Part shown: positions 39,819-54,045 of the stretch, piece after piece
Numbering within the stretch: position 1 is the stretch's first letter
Layout of the letters: each line of letters begins with the position of its first letter
Assembly (NCBI RefSeq): GCF_004010195.1
Contig: NC_057727.1
Location: 43,732,740-43,796,739 of the forward strand
Length of the DNA stretch: 64,000 nt
Source of the DNA: Chiloscyllium plagiosum
Lineage: Eukaryota
Reading direction: 5' to 3'
Translations under genes and position numbers: made by a program
Notes under the pieces: generated by a model
Database searches by the model: none
Seen by the model: only the letters and a program-made list of their open reading frames with translations
What the model was told of the DNA's origin: nothing

Positions 39819-40726
39819 GGAACTGGTTACTAATTAGTTTGCATCTTTAACTTGGTATATGTTGTGCAGTATTCCTGGAATAACATTTTGCAATCTGCAT
39901 ACACACTGATATGATGTGCAATTGTCAAGAATCCCAAAGTAAAAATGAGTGTTATTTTGTTTGCAGAGTAAAATGTATTGTAGAAAACAAACATTTTGAT
40001 ACAGTGCCAGACATGCATTTTTTTTTGGCTTTGTATTTTTCTTGGGTAAAGTAACTGCTAGCTAACATGCCACTATTACAATAGTTCCTCTGGATGACAT
40101 GTATTCTTGAACAATTTTTATTGTGGTGTTGCGTTTGATTTTGTTAATTAAAGTTACTGTTTTAGAGTTTAGGGATATATTCTTAAGATATGTTTTGTTC
40201 ATGGGTATTTAAGAAATCAGGATATATAAGCCTGAATAGATGAAAAATGGAAGAACTGTATGACCCCTTCACGAGTTTCCAATTGCTGTTTCTAATGTAG
40301 AAAGCTCCACAACCTTCTGTTTGGTATGATTTTACGTTAGAATATAAATGTTTTATATTGATTTTTGATTATAGGTATATGGGGAAATAATTTATCTTTG
40401 TAATGTGTATTCAGTTGACTTTGAGGCCTGCCATTAACTGGAATAGCACAAATCATTGCAAAACTGGATTCACTCCTATATCGAAACCTCCGAAGCCACA
40501 CCACCAGGGAAAATGTCAAGCACATGCAATCTCACTCAATTTTACCAAATCTACTAAGTTTGGGAAAAATGAATTTAAGAAAAACATGTCTTTTGGGAGC
40601 TCAGCTCATTTACTAATGCAGCTATTGCAGTTGCATAACTATTTTACAGCTGCTAAGATGTTTGGCAAACAGTTGTATGTGATATTTAACTCTGCAGGTC
40701 CAAAGATATGCAACATCTCTTGCATG

Positions 40727-40780
40727 CAATAAAGGCTACTTTAAATTGTTTGTGTTGCAGTTGAAGCTTTTTTAATAAAA
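40727..40780 (+). terminator. Candidate ARL6IP5 poly(A) signals (two AATAAA)
   Basis: AATAAA near 40728 and 40774 with GT-rich sequence between them, ~0.9 kb after the stop. Confidence 0.45.
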
Positions 40781-42458
40781 CTGCTGTCAATTTTTAAAAA
40801 TTGACGACAAACTGGTGCTGTATACATTTATCCCAGATGAGGTAGACTGCATTTACTGATTCATAACATACTTCCACTTTGTTTTTCTAGCTGCTAAAAT
40901 TAAGAAAGATATTGATATCTCTGTACAATACTTCATTAGTTTGCTGTTTAATGCAAGTATCCCAATTGTCATGGCAAGACTGGATGACTTCTGACTGTAA
41001 ATTTCCATGCACTTAAGATAATTTTAAAGCTGGCAATACCCATGTACAATGCATTCTATGTACATAACATGACGGTTGCGTTTCTGCAACCTTGCGCTAT
41101 AGAAACTGCTATAAAAAAAATCACTAAACCCATTTCAGTAGGAAGTTCACATTATACAAACAGAGTCCACAATTCATCAGTTGTCATAGCCAATTCGAAT
41201 TGACAAAATGTGCATTATACCAGAATGACCTATACTACTTCCTTATTAGCACTGCCTATTTTTCACTTGAAAACATCACCTGACTTCACCTTTACTGAAA
41301 GGTTTACTCTTGTCTTTGGTATTCCATCTAACTCCACACTGTTTTGAGCTCATTCAAAGCTCTACCACCCCTATCCTTACTTGCACAAATTCCTGTTCAA
41401 TTACTGACCTTGTGCTTTTTTTGTATTAGTGTGGTTTTATGACCACTTGCATGAGTTTGGATTCACAATAGACTGCTCAAGAGAAAACAAGACCAGGTGT
41501 TATCTTTAGGCTTGGTCTTTTTAATAGACATTTTTTTTCACACATTCCGACTCAGTGCTATGATGCATGGGTATTCAGATATTTGCCAGATCTGTTGTTA
41601 TCTTCTGTTATTGGAAGCCTATTCCATAAATAATACACAATGCTAGTGAATGTACTTCACATGTTTCTAGATGTTTTCAAATCAACCCGATCAAAGATGT
41701 TATTGCACACTTCTAGAGCATGTGGGACTTGGACCCAGGTCTCCTATCTGAGAGGTAGAGATACCACCACTGTATGACAAAAGCCACTTGTTTCTCCCTC
41801 TGAATTATAACTCCTCCCCTTTGCTATTTATGCCTAGTGAGAATATCATTGCAAAATTGCATCAGGGTCTTAAAGTCTTTATGTTGGTTCTTAGTCAAGC
41901 AATATTTCCGTTTTAAAATTTTCACTTTTTAAAAAAAAAATTGCCATGGGCATAACTGCTGCTTTAACAAACTCCAGTTCCACAACTCTATCTGCACTGA
42001 CATCGTTCTGATCTTGAGCATTTTTTTTTATTTGTACTGTTCTAATAATGGTAACTGTCATAAAGGTAGGCCATTTGACTCCTTGAACCTGCTCAGCCGT
42101 TCAATAAGATAATAGCTGATTTAACTTGACATTCCCACCACTCTCAAAGTACATTTTTGAAATATATTAAAAAATTTCAATGACATTTCAACCCTGTCCA
42201 CCCCTGCTTATCAAGAACCTATTTATCTTTGCCTTAAGAACGGAGTCCCAAAGGCTCTTGACCATCTGTGAGAAAATATTTCTGTTCAGCCTTAAATAGA
42301 TGATCCCTTAATTTTAAAGTGACTCTGAATTCCAGGTTCTTCCATAAGAACTATCTTTTCTACGTCCACCTTTCCAGACTCTTCAGGAATTTGTGTGTTT
42401 CAATCAAGTTATGTTTTGCCCTTCTAACTCTCTGTCCTTCTCAACTCCAGTGGATACA

Positions 42459-42671
42459 TGATTTGGAGATGCTGGTGTTGGACTAGGTGTACAAAGTTAA
42501 AAATCACACAACACCAGGTTATAGTCCAACAGGTTTAATTGGAAGCACGCTAGCTTTCGGAGCATCCCTCCTTCATCAGGTGATAGTCACCTGATGAAGG
42601 AGCGATGCTCTGAAAGCTAATTTGCTTCCAATTAAACCTGTTGGACTATAACCTGGTGTTGTGAATTTTAA
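42459..42671. mobile_element. Palindromic element (family D) with a hammerhead motif on each strand
   Basis: 12-bp TSD ccagtggataca (42447-42458, 42672-42683); + strand CTGATGA-A-GGAGC-GAT-GCTCT-GAAA-GCTA (42591-42619); - strand counterpart 42579-42551; a collapsed relic of the family at ~36668-36785. Confidence 0.85.
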
Positions 42672-45600
42672 CCAGTGGATACAAGCCTAGCTATCTCCCC
42701 TTTCCTCATAACTTAATATTCACATTCCAGATATTAGTCTGGTAAATGTTCTCTGAAGCGATTCCAATGCATTTAGTTCCTTCCTTCGGCCGTAGTCAAG
42801 ATATGGTCTCCTCAAAGCCCTGTAAACCTGAATCATAAGTTTCTTTGTTTTGTATTCAGTTCTCTTTGGAATAAATGATAATATTTTGAGTTTTTTTAAT
42901 ACTCTGGACCTAAATCGTAATCATCGGTGATCCATACTCGGACACTGAGACCCAGGACCTCCATGATCTATATAATTTCTAAAAATTCTTCCTCAGAAAT
43001 GGATTACTTCACAATTTCCTGTCATGTACTCAACTTGCCAGGTCATTGGCTATTTGCTTAACCTATTGATGTGCCTTGTAGCCTCCTGATGTCCTTTTTA
43101 CAACTTATGTTCTTACCTATCTTTGAGGCACCCAATTTAGCAACTATATGTTTGGTTCCTACATCTAAGTCATTTGAAATAAATGTTAAGGAATTGACGA
43201 ACCAGCACTGCTACAGCTAATCTTTTATCAATGCCAATAAAGTACCCCTACACTATGATCTCTTATTTTCAGCAGTGACATTTATTGTGGAACATTATCA
43301 AATGTGTTCTGCAAATCTAAGTACATTTACCAGGTCCCCTTTATCTGAAGAACATGCTACTTATTCATAGAGCTCCAATTAGTAATTTAAATATGGTAAC
43401 TAGATGCTGAGCCTTTGGAGAATGCAACTGGGTATTAATAACAAAGAACAGGGAAATGGCAAAAATTTTGAACCAATGTCTTGCATTTGTTTTCATGGTG
43501 GATGATACTATAGATATCCTAAAGATAACAAATAAGTTCTATTGGGAGGCATGATCTTGTAGGCGTCTCTATCATGAAAGACAAATTATTTGACAAACTA
43601 ATGAAACTAAGGGCAGGCTAGTCACCAGGTTCTCTTTTCAAGAAGCAAGGGAGATAGAAAGCAAGAAACTATAGATTAATTAGCCTGACATTTGTTGAGA
43701 AAATGGGAATATGTGCTCAATCTCAATTTTTCTTTTATATTATTTCCAGAGATTTTTTATTTTGTTAGAAGATGCAACTACTTGGATTTATGTAGTGTTT
43801 GTATCTTCATGAAATGTTAGTTTCTTGCACAATTCATTCTATTTCCTGTACTTACTTCAGCAATTACTTTTCCAAACTATTTACTTGGCTGTGAAGCACT
43901 TTGGAACATCCTGAGTATGTGAAAGCCATTATGTAAATGAAAGATTTAAATAGGATCTAATTAAGATGTTGAACCCATGGTATTTGTATATTCCGAGATA
44001 TGCGCAATTATGGGATTTAAATCTTGACACACCTTTCCATCTCATATCTCCCAAGCAATATTATAATTTAAAAATGCAAGTGCTAAATTTTAATTACAAC
44101 TTTTTTCTGTTTTTAAAAAAAAATCCATCAAGTTCAACTAGTCTGTCCATTTTGATCCATATTAACTTTGTCACTCCCACCTTGTTGCAATATCCAAGCA
44201 ATACTCAAAAATATTTGTTGGATCTTAAAGCTGTTTATGTGTTGACCTGAATAGTTTTCCATATTTGTGTCACATTTCTTTTATGTATATATCTTGCTTA
44301 ACTTCTCTTTATTAATCTTGCTCAGTTTTAACTAGTTTTTTTTGTATTAACATTTTAAATGATTGTTGCTTTTCGTTCATGTATCCCAACTATTTTAGTC
44401 AATGTATACCAATTCTGCAGAGCAATTATATCATACAGCTTGCAATTTTGAGAAAGCTGGTTAGGATTTGAATCAATCCAATCTGTGTCATGGAATGTAT
44501 GAGACTAGCCACAGAAGACTGTCCCAACATCAATTTTGTGTTTGCATTGATTCCCATATAATTGAAATAGAGGGAGCTTTGGAAAGGTCTCAAATCAGGT
44601 AGACCATCAGTTAGTTGGCCTGCCTAGTGAATTATGATCTTAGGCCATTTTTGGCAAGGAGCTACCTGTCCTTTCTGCTCTTTGCTATTGTTTACAATTT
44701 GATCAAAATTTAGATACTTCCAAGGTTCCAAGTTATGAAGTTGAATTCAATCAACCTGATAATCTGAGCACACATCAGAAATACTGCAAAGCAACTGTAA
44801 CTCCTTATATGCTAGACTATAGATATACTTTTAATATAAAAATTGTTATAATTAATTAAATGAACTGGAATTCAGATTTTAGAAAGTCTGATATTTTCAG
44901 CACACACTTGAAAACAATATAAACAATATATGTAAAAATAGCAAATTGAACATTTGACCTTTAGGCAAAATTTTAAGAAACAATTAATTTATAACTTATT
45001 TAGTTTTAAAACTGGGTTTGTAAAATGTTATGTTGTTGAAAGGAAACCGTCACTTTTTCTTGATGTGATTAAGGTCAACAAGTTATTACTTCAGCGCCAT
45101 GTTCTTGACTTTAAATTAGTGCCCACATTGTTATTCAAAATTGAATTTATCATGTTGGAATTCACTGAAGTCTGGAGATGTTAGATCATTCATAGATCAT
45201 ACTTTTAAAATACCATATATAGCTGCAGATCACTAGGACTCTTGTGGCACAGTGCTAGTGCCCATGTGTTTGAGTCAGGAGGGCTGGATTTAAATCCCAT
45301 TTGCTCCAGAGGTGTGTAATAACATTTTTGAATACAATAATTAAAAATATTTATTCCAGGTCAAAACAAAGTCAATATTTTCAATATTTTTTATGTTAAC
45401 ACAGTCCATGCATCTGTCCCTCCTAATAATAAATGTAACTAATAAGCAGAGCAAAATTTATCATTGAATGGGGTATGATGCTAACAGGCTGAGTAACTTG
45501 GTTCTGATGTGGTACCTGTAATATAACAGAACTCTTAATGTTCTTTTCAACTCCCTGCACCAGGAAACAAATTCTGCAAGGCTTACCTTAGGTGTATGAC

Positions 45601-45966
45601 ATTCCCATTTATCTAAATAGCAAAAGCTTAATATCAGTGATCAGAAAAAAAACTTCTTGAAATGTTTTTGCATGTGTCAGATTTTTGAAAAGATAAGGTT
45701 TATATGAACGGTGAAAAGATATGAGAATAACTACCTGGACTGGGGTTCTACCAAAGAAAACTTAACTTTCACTGATAAATTGTAGTAATTCTTTGACAGC
45801 TGCATTAAACAATAATCTTATTAGATATTCATATAACAGGTGTGAAATGGAATGTTACTGGTTAGTGTGGCCTTCATTTGTAGTGAGCTCACTAATGCTA
45901 AAGAAGAATAGTTGAAAAAATGCAATAAACTGGGAGATAAACGTGAAAATAATGTTTCAATCATTT

Positions 45967-45977
45967 TTTATTTTATT
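45967..45977 (-). terminator. Candidate LMOD3 poly(A) signal (overlapping AATAAA pair)
   Basis: tttattttatt on + strand, ~225 nt after the LMOD3 stop. Confidence 0.4.
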
Positions 45978-46200
45978 ATACATTCCAGATTCAAAGATAC
46001 AAATCAAAGTGAATAAATACTTTTCTAAGACAATAGGCTTTTAGTACACATAATTTGTATAATGCAAAAACCTTTAAACTGTTCTTAATTGTTCCCACAC
46101 AGAAATGCAAACAGTAGGAAACTGTCCATGTTTGATTGTGACACTCCATCCCTATTGTTGCACAGCTCTAAAATTTTAGCCAAGCTGCTGGCATACTGGC

Positions 46201-46227
46201 TCAACTCAACAGCTTTGGAAGTGGAAC
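46201..46227 (-). CDS. LMOD3: LMOD3 last coding exon
   Basis: tgttgttttatag|GTT CCA CTT CCA AAG CTG TTG AGT TGA = VPLPKLLS*, matching the vertebrate LMOD3 terminus (human VQLPKELA*). Confidence 0.85.
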   Translation of the reverse strand, partial: VPLPKLLS

Positions 46228-48294
46228 CTATAAAACAACATAAGGAGAAAACTATGAATTTAAGCATTTACTCTAACTTAATTATGAAATAATTACACAG
46301 GCTACTTTGTTACAGGCATCATGTTTCCTTAAAGCAATAGCATTTATTTGCATAGTGCATGATCAGAACCTTGCAAAATTCCAGAATGCTTTACATCACC
46401 CAAGGAATAATATTTAAGTACGGTTAGTGTTCTCTAAGTAAATGCAACACGTTATGTGTGCACAAAAACATTCAACTGACAGCAATCCAGTTGAGAGGCC
46501 AGCTAATTTGTTTTGGGTGGTGATAATTAAAGAAGGAATGTTAACTATAAGAAATTGTCAGAAATGATTATGCTATCTCACAATTTATGATTGTCTCTGT
46601 TTTGTTTCAAAATTTAAAAAGAGCAAGAATGCAAAAGAAAAATAGATATTTTCTCCTGCTTCTCTAATCCCGAAGTTTGTATATGGGAGAGAGTAAGGGC
46701 TGCTGAGTATCTCAATTATGAGTCAACACCTTCAGGGGGCAAGATAGAAGAATATTGACAAACAAAGAGATAATAATGATCATTGTTTTTAAGTATTACC
46801 TGGTAATATATTTCACACTCTGACAATATCGAAGCACAGTGCTGTTATAATTCCCAAATTAAGTAATATCATAGTTAGAGCAATTCCTTGGTGACTTGGC
46901 TATTTTATGTCATTAGTTGATGTTTAAAATGTTTCAGTTAGTTGTTCAAAGCTTTGTGTCCAAATACTTGAGTAAATTTGCCAATGAATTATGTGTACAA
47001 GCAAGAGTGGAAGGTATCTTATGTTTTTGTTCAAAGTTAAATTGACATAGAAAATAGGCACAATTTCTCCCATCGATTTTCACTAGGTGCTTTAATCACA
47101 TTTGGTTATATTATGTCCAAAACCAATAAATTATTTTTTGTGGTATATATATAAAACATTATTCATATTTTTTGCTGTATTTCTGACTTTGCTGAGATAC
47201 TGTATTTAAGAGAGTTAACACAGTTGCTAAAGTAGAGAAGTATCATTTGAATGTGATAAACACTGCCAGTAATTTCTAATTCTCAACTTTACAAGATAAT
47301 AGTTACATGTAGCAAAAGACATCAGCATTAACTTTCTTCATTACTGCAGTAAAGAAAATATAAAAAGCTCTGTCCAAAATCAATTTGAAGCTAATTTGGC
47401 TGATAGGACATTGGAAGAGCTTTAAAAAAGACAAAGAGGCCCTCGAAAGACAGACAGTACACAAAGTAGATAGGTCACCCTGCCAAGATGGAAAGCATCC
47501 CAGCTTGCTGAGGATACTAAGAGTAGAAATTGTGGAAGTGCTGATCACAATCCTCGTTAGACACAAGATAGTGTGAGAGTGCTGGGCACTGGAAGTGTTA
47601 CATACAAAATAAGAGGAGAAAGGTAAACCTGGCAACTACATGTCAGTCAGTTTAATGTTGGTAGTGGGAAAGCTTTTAGAAAAAATGAACAGCATTTGAA
47701 TAAGCGTGGATTAATACAGGAGAGCAAGCATGGATTTATTAATGATGAATATATTCCACTCCTGAGCATCCATATCTCACTGCAGTAGGGTATTCCACAG
47801 ATTCGCATTCCTCTGAGTTAAAACAAAACTTGCCCTCATCTCATCTTCAATGGCCAATATATTATACTGAGATCATTGTTTTCAATCAAAATAAGTCCTA
47901 ACTTTGCACCTCCCCTTTGAAATCTCTGAGAATTTTCTGTGTTACAATTAAACCTTTTCTTCCAAATGCTAGAGGATGTACCAGGAGGATCATTCTATCC
48001 AATTTCTTCTTACAGGACATTCATCTCATCTCCCAGAAAATGTTCCATGGAAGTTTTGCCACAGTCCCTTCGAATACAAGTACATCTTTCTTCCAGTAAA
48101 AACACAATTTTATGTGGTACTTCAATAGTGCAGTAAGGCCCATATTATTATAGCAAGACTTCATTACCCTTATACTTCAAATTTTTTGTCAAAAGGCAAA
48201 CAAACCATTTGCCTCCCAAATCACGTACATAGCTGCATCTTACCTTTCTGTGACTGTGTACATGAATGCACAAATCCCTTTGAATGCCAACAGT

Positions 48295-49710
48295 TAGAGT
48301 CGTAGAGTCATAGACATGCAAACAGACCCTTTGGTCCAACTCGTCCATGCTGACCACAAATCCTGAACTAATTTAGTCCTATTTGCCTGTACTTGGCCCA
48401 TATCCCGTTCAACCCTTCCTATTCATATACCCATTTGGATGCATTTTAAATGCTGTAATTGTCCCAGCCTTCACTACTTCCTCTGGCAGCTCATTCTATA
48501 CATGTATCATGGTCTGTGTGAAAAAGTTGCCCCTTAGGTCTCTTTTAAATTTTTCTCATCTCACCCTAAACCTATGCTCTCTAATGCAGGACTCCCCCAT
48601 GTCAGGAAAAAGACCTTGTCTATTTACCCTCTCCGTGCCCCTCATGATTTTATAAACCTCTATAAGGTCACCTCTCGGCTTCTGATGCTCCAGGAAAATA
48701 TCTCCAGCCGATTCAACCTCTCATGATAGCTCAAACACTCCAATCCTGGCAACATCCTTGTAAATCTTTTCTGAACCCTTTCAAGTTTCACAACATCCTT
48801 CCAATTTGTGGGAGGCCAAATTGGACACAGTATTCCAAAAGGGCCTAACCACTGTCCTGTACAGTCGCAAAATGACCTCCCAAATCCTCTACTCGCTGCT
48901 CTTACCAATAAAGGAAAGCATACCCATGCTTTGCAATTAATGAATTGCAATTAATCACTCTAATTCATAACTTAGTGAAATTCTATGCTAAGGATTTGTA
49001 ATTATTAAACACTGCATTGCCACAAGATTTAACAGTTGTAAATTTTCCTGAATATGTTTTCAAAACGCCAGTACAAGGAATAAATTCAGCTCAAAGATTA
49101 TTACCAGGACCAGGCTGCACAAACAGGATTGACCTCAGTTCATTACTCCAAACACCTTCACTATCCTATCTACCTGAATCACCACTTTCAAGAAACTATG
49201 AACCTGCACTTCAAGGTCACTTTGTTCAGCAACACTCCCAGGACTTTACAACGAAGTGTATAAGTTCTGCCCTAATTTGCCTTTCCAAAATGCACTTATC
49301 GAAATTAAACTCCATCTGCCACCCCTCAGCACATTGACCCATCTGATCAAGATCCCGTTGTAATGAGGTAACCTTCTTCGCTGTCCACTACACCTCCAAT
49401 TTTGGTGTCATCACTTACTAACTATACCTCCTATATTCACATCCAAATCATTTATATAAATGATGAAAAGCAGCGGACCCAGTAATGATCCTTATGGCAC
49501 ACCACTGATCACAGGCCTCCAGTCTGAAAAGCAACCCTTCACCACCACCCTCTGTATTCTACTTTGAGCCAATTCTGTATCCAAATGGCCATTTCTCCTG
49601 TATTCCATGTGCTCTAACCTTGCTAACTAGTCTACCATGAGGAACCTTGTTGAATGCATTACTGAAGTCCATACAGATCATGGCCACCATTCTGCCCCAA
49701 TCAATTTACT
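48295..49710 (-). mobile_element. CR1 LINE 3' half with a ~200-bp unrelated segment inside
   Basis: KDVVKLERVQKRFTRMLPGLECLSYHERLNRL; shared CR1 3'UTR at 48295-48540. Confidence 0.8.
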
Positions 49711-52700
49711 CATTACTCACTTTTTAAAAAAAATTCTTATTTTCTATTTTCCTAATAAATGGTAATCTTCCATTACCCCACAAAATATTCCATTGGCCAA
49801 TTACTTGTCTAGTCACTTATCTGATTTTTATCTCTCTCCTGCCTCTTTCCTGCCTCCTCATTGCTTATTAACCCACCTCACATCGTATTTTCTGCAAACA
49901 TGGTAATATTAAACTTGGTGCTGTCATCAATGTAAATTTTAAGTAAGTGATCCTTGTGTCACTCCATTAGTTACAACCTGCCAACCTAAAAATGGCCCGT
50001 TTATTCCTGCTGTCTATTTTCAGTCTCCAAAGCCATGTAAATATAAAACTCCCAATTCCATGAGTGGCAGATATCAAATACCTTCTGAAAATTCAGGTAT
50101 ACTACAAGTGCCATAAAAAAACTAACAGATCTGTGAAACACAACTTTTGTAAATAGTTATAGAAAATAAAGCAGATCAGATAGCATCTGTGGAGACAGAA
50201 ATGGAGTTAAAGTTTCAGGTCATAAATGGGTAAAGTTGCTAATGTATTGGGTCTTTGGATGTGCTTGTGATATTGCAACACCAGGAGGAGCACTTCCCTC
50301 ACATATGCTAATGCAGTCAATAACATTTTTTATATACTATTTAAGAAATTTGTTAGCTTCTTCAAAAGCATTTAGCTATTATTATTAACGATGGATTGCA
50401 ATTAATCACTCTATTTCATAACATAGTGAAATTCAATGCTAAGGGTTTTTAATTATTAAACACTGCATTGCCACAAGATTTANNNNNNNNNNNNNNNNNN
50501 NNNNNNNNNNNNNNNNNNNNNNNNNNNNNNNNNNNNNNNNNNNNNNNNNNNNNNNNNNNNNNNNNNNNNNNNNNNNNNNNNNNNNNNNNNNNNNNNNNNN
50601 NNNNNNNNNNNNNNNNNNNNNNNNNNNNNNNNNNNNNNNNNNNNNNNNNNNNNNNNNNNNNNNNNNNNNNNNNNNNNNNNNNNNNNNNNNNNNNNNNNNN
50701 NNNNNNNNNNNNNNNNNNNNNNNNNNNNNNNNNNNNNNNNNNNNNNNNNNNNNNNNNNNNNNNNNNNNNNNNNNNNNNNNNNNNNNNNNNNNNNNNNNNN
50801 NNNNNNNNNNNNNNNNNNNNNNNNNNNNNNNNNNNNNNNNNNNNNNNNNNNNNNNNNNNNNNNNNNNNNNNNNNNNNNNNNNNNNNNNNNNNNNNNNNNN
50901 NNNNNNNNNNNNNNNNNNNNNNNNNNNNNNNNNNNNNNNNNNNNNNNNNNNNNNNNNNNNNNNNNNNNNNNNNNNNNNNNNNATAATTATTCAGCAAAGA
51001 GAATTTTAATTGCCAGTGCTTTTGTCAGGAGCTGCAATCGAGTACGCTTTCTGGGCCAAGAGCATATGCCTAAAATGATCCTGGTGACTGACTAGTGGGT
51101 GTCAAGAATATTGGTGTAGGTTTTAAACAAGTGAAAGGGGGGATGAAAAGAAGAACAAAAGAGAAGGTTTGTAATAGCATGGAGGAAATGAGAAATTAGA
51201 TCACAAAAGAGATGCTGATGCATGTCCAAAGGAAGAGGTAGTGGGAGAAGCAAAGAATCCATTGTTTTATAATGAATAAATAAACAAAATGTAGGCAGAA
51301 CTTATTTTCTGAAGATGGCAAACCTAATGTTGAGTCCAGAAGGTTATAAAGTGTCTAATTAGAAAAATGATATTCAGATCTTTTAACTACTTTGAGCTTC
51401 ATTAGAAAACTGCATGAAGCTGAGCACAGAGACGCCAGCGTGAGAATTAAAATGGCAATTATTAGAAGCTCAAGGTCATGACTGTGAACTAAATAGAGTG
51501 GTGTCTGAAAGTAGTCACCCAGTTTGTGTATGATCCCTTAATGTGGAACAGACCGCATTGTGAATAGCAATATGGTACCTATACATTACTGTTTCACCAG
51601 CAAGGAGTATTTCGGATCATGAAAACAGATTTAAATTCCAAGTTACTTACTGCAACTTAAAAGGTAAAGTTGCCATAGTCATACCAGACCACAGGGCTAC
51701 TCTATCATTGGAAAGAGAAAACTGGTGATTGTTTAACCTGAATGTCACCATAAATCAGGCAAGGCGAGAAGTTGACATCCATCACAGTAACCTCACTCAC
51801 ACAGGGATTGAACTTGTATTATTATTATCGGCCTGTATTACAGGCTAGCCATCATGCCAGCTGAGCTAATCAACCCCATTGCAGCTTATGCTAGTACTGA
51901 GCTTTAAGAACCTGAATGTCCTGGGTTTGATTTTTGATCACTTTGATCAACCAGGGGAAGAGTACAAGCATTAGAATCGGCCACTGTTCTCCTGTGGTTA
52001 TGACCATGTCGTGTACTTCAATGGATATTAAATTGTGTTGAAGTTAAAAATGAGCTGAACTACTGAAATTTTACTGTGCAGAGATTAAGGAGGCTCACTC
52101 CAACTAGGTACTGGAGGTTTGCAAGCACACATAGGAATCTAATCCTGCTTTTGAAAAGAAGGATGCTAAAATAATCTCAGGTCCATCGAGTCTCACTCTA
52201 GCATGAATTAGTCTCTTCCAGAGAGGAGGAAGTGGAGAAAGAATAGTCCTAAAAGATTAAAATAAGCTTAGGTGTTAATATCATCATTTTATTACCTAAT
52301 GAAAACAGAATATTCTCCAACTGAGATAATGGCGTCCTGCTAAATTGCCATTTCACCGTAATAATCTTTAGCTGTTCATTTACTTAAGGAAACATATTCA
52401 AAAGTTTAGGAAAGAATTAAGTTTAGGAATAAATGTTTTCTGTGGAACTTTTCTTATGGAGTATGTTTTCTTGTGATATTATGGAGTATGATTTCAGAAA
52501 CATCATAAATAAGAACAGATGTTAAATCTTCCCATTCTACTATTGCTAAAACAAAGCTACATAATTATCACGGATAGGCTTTTCACATCATCCCCATCAG
52601 ACAATTTCAATGCAACACATTAATAGGGCAACTAAGAGTTATTGATAAGTATATAAACATTTTTACAATATCTAGAATTAGATTATATTTGAGCAAAACT

Positions 52701-54045
52701 CCACCCCTAAGTTGTCTTCATAATTCAGTGGGCAATGTCCCTTTTCACTGAGACTTGTCTTTTTATGAGTACAATGGTTATATTTAGGCATGATGCTCAT
52801 GATGCAGTAGTATTGTATAACAATAATGACTTAGAGAATGTTAGAAGAGCTTATTGAGACTTTAATAGACTTTACAAGGTCTTGTCAACATCTCACATGC
52901 ATTATTTGGAAAAATGCAGGCACATAGCACTAAGTTAAATAATAGACTAAAAATGGCAGCCTCTATACAATGATTTTGCAATACATTAGCTGTCATGTGC
53001 ATGTGTTCTGAGAATTTTCACACAAAGTCTAACGTTCTGCTTGCAAATTAATTTTGTTTTAGTTCGTGATTTTTGGATGAAACAAAAGGTTTGGATTTTG
53101 GAAGAAGAGTTCATTTTTGAATGCGTAAAAAGTTACCCCATGGAACAAGAGTATTGGCAGTTGATGCACATTTAAAAATCAGATCCCGTTATTGTCAGTG
53201 ACATTTTTAAACTAAGAGAAAATTCATATTAAACACAATCATCAATGACACAGTTTATTTCAGCATTGTAGCTTTTTGTTCTCTCACAGTGGCATAAAAT
53301 AGGGACGATTGAGGTGAGGCAAAATATTAATTCTCACATAAAACTTGTGTTTATGTGAAACTGAAGATATTCAACATGAAACATTGAAACAATACTTACA
53401 TTGCATTATGAGTGGGATAGAACGTATAACCATAGTGAAGCACTGAGTTCTCAGGAATTTTCTGAATAGTGAAGAAAATTGGAATGTATGACTACATCTT
53501 TAAGTAGAAAATAATGGATACCTGAGAGTTTAAGTAGAGGTTCATGGATAACTTGCCATGATTACAAAGCAGTATAATGATGGAAGATTGCATGGTGCCT
53601 AAACTAGATAAAGACTATTTTTGTTTTTTTTTGGAGGGATTGGAGAAGGATATGAGTTGGATTGGATAAAATAATATTTAACAAATCCCAAAATAAAATG
53701 TGGAACTAAGCAATCATCTGTCAAATCTTTAAGTTCTAAAAAAGAGCCATGCCAGAAAAATTGGACATTTTCCTTTCTTTACAAAGATGCTTGATTTGTT
53801 GAGTTTTTCCAGGGTTTATTTATCTTTTTGTTTCCGATTTCCAGCATCTGTTGCATTTTGTTTTATCATTCCTAAGGTTGAATGTTTGACTTTTAAAAAA
53901 GTTTGCAAATGAGTTTGCTATTAACCTATTAAAATCTTAATTACGCAAGGAAAATTGATACCAGTTATGACTTAAAGCAGATGAATGGCGTTGATTGGAA
54001 AGAAGTTATAAAACACCACTGGGAATGTATGGAAACACTACTCAC

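Noticed and set aside
50449-50997. ORFs spanning N runs (also 61154-61757)
   Set aside because: Assembly-gap artefacts; only the flanking env and integrase parts are real
50990-51600. Possible very old Penelope GIY-YIG remnant (also tail-like bits at ~50170-50225 and 53780-53870)
   Set aside because: Too degenerate to delimit or support without an alignment
53179-53211. Alternative LMOD3 last exon (ttctcttag|FKNVTDNNGI*)
   Set aside because: No similarity to the conserved C-terminus; 46201-46227 fits much better
53965-54045. ORF extension [10 protein letters not shown]... of LMOD3
   Set aside because: Read-through past a canonical GTGAGT donor
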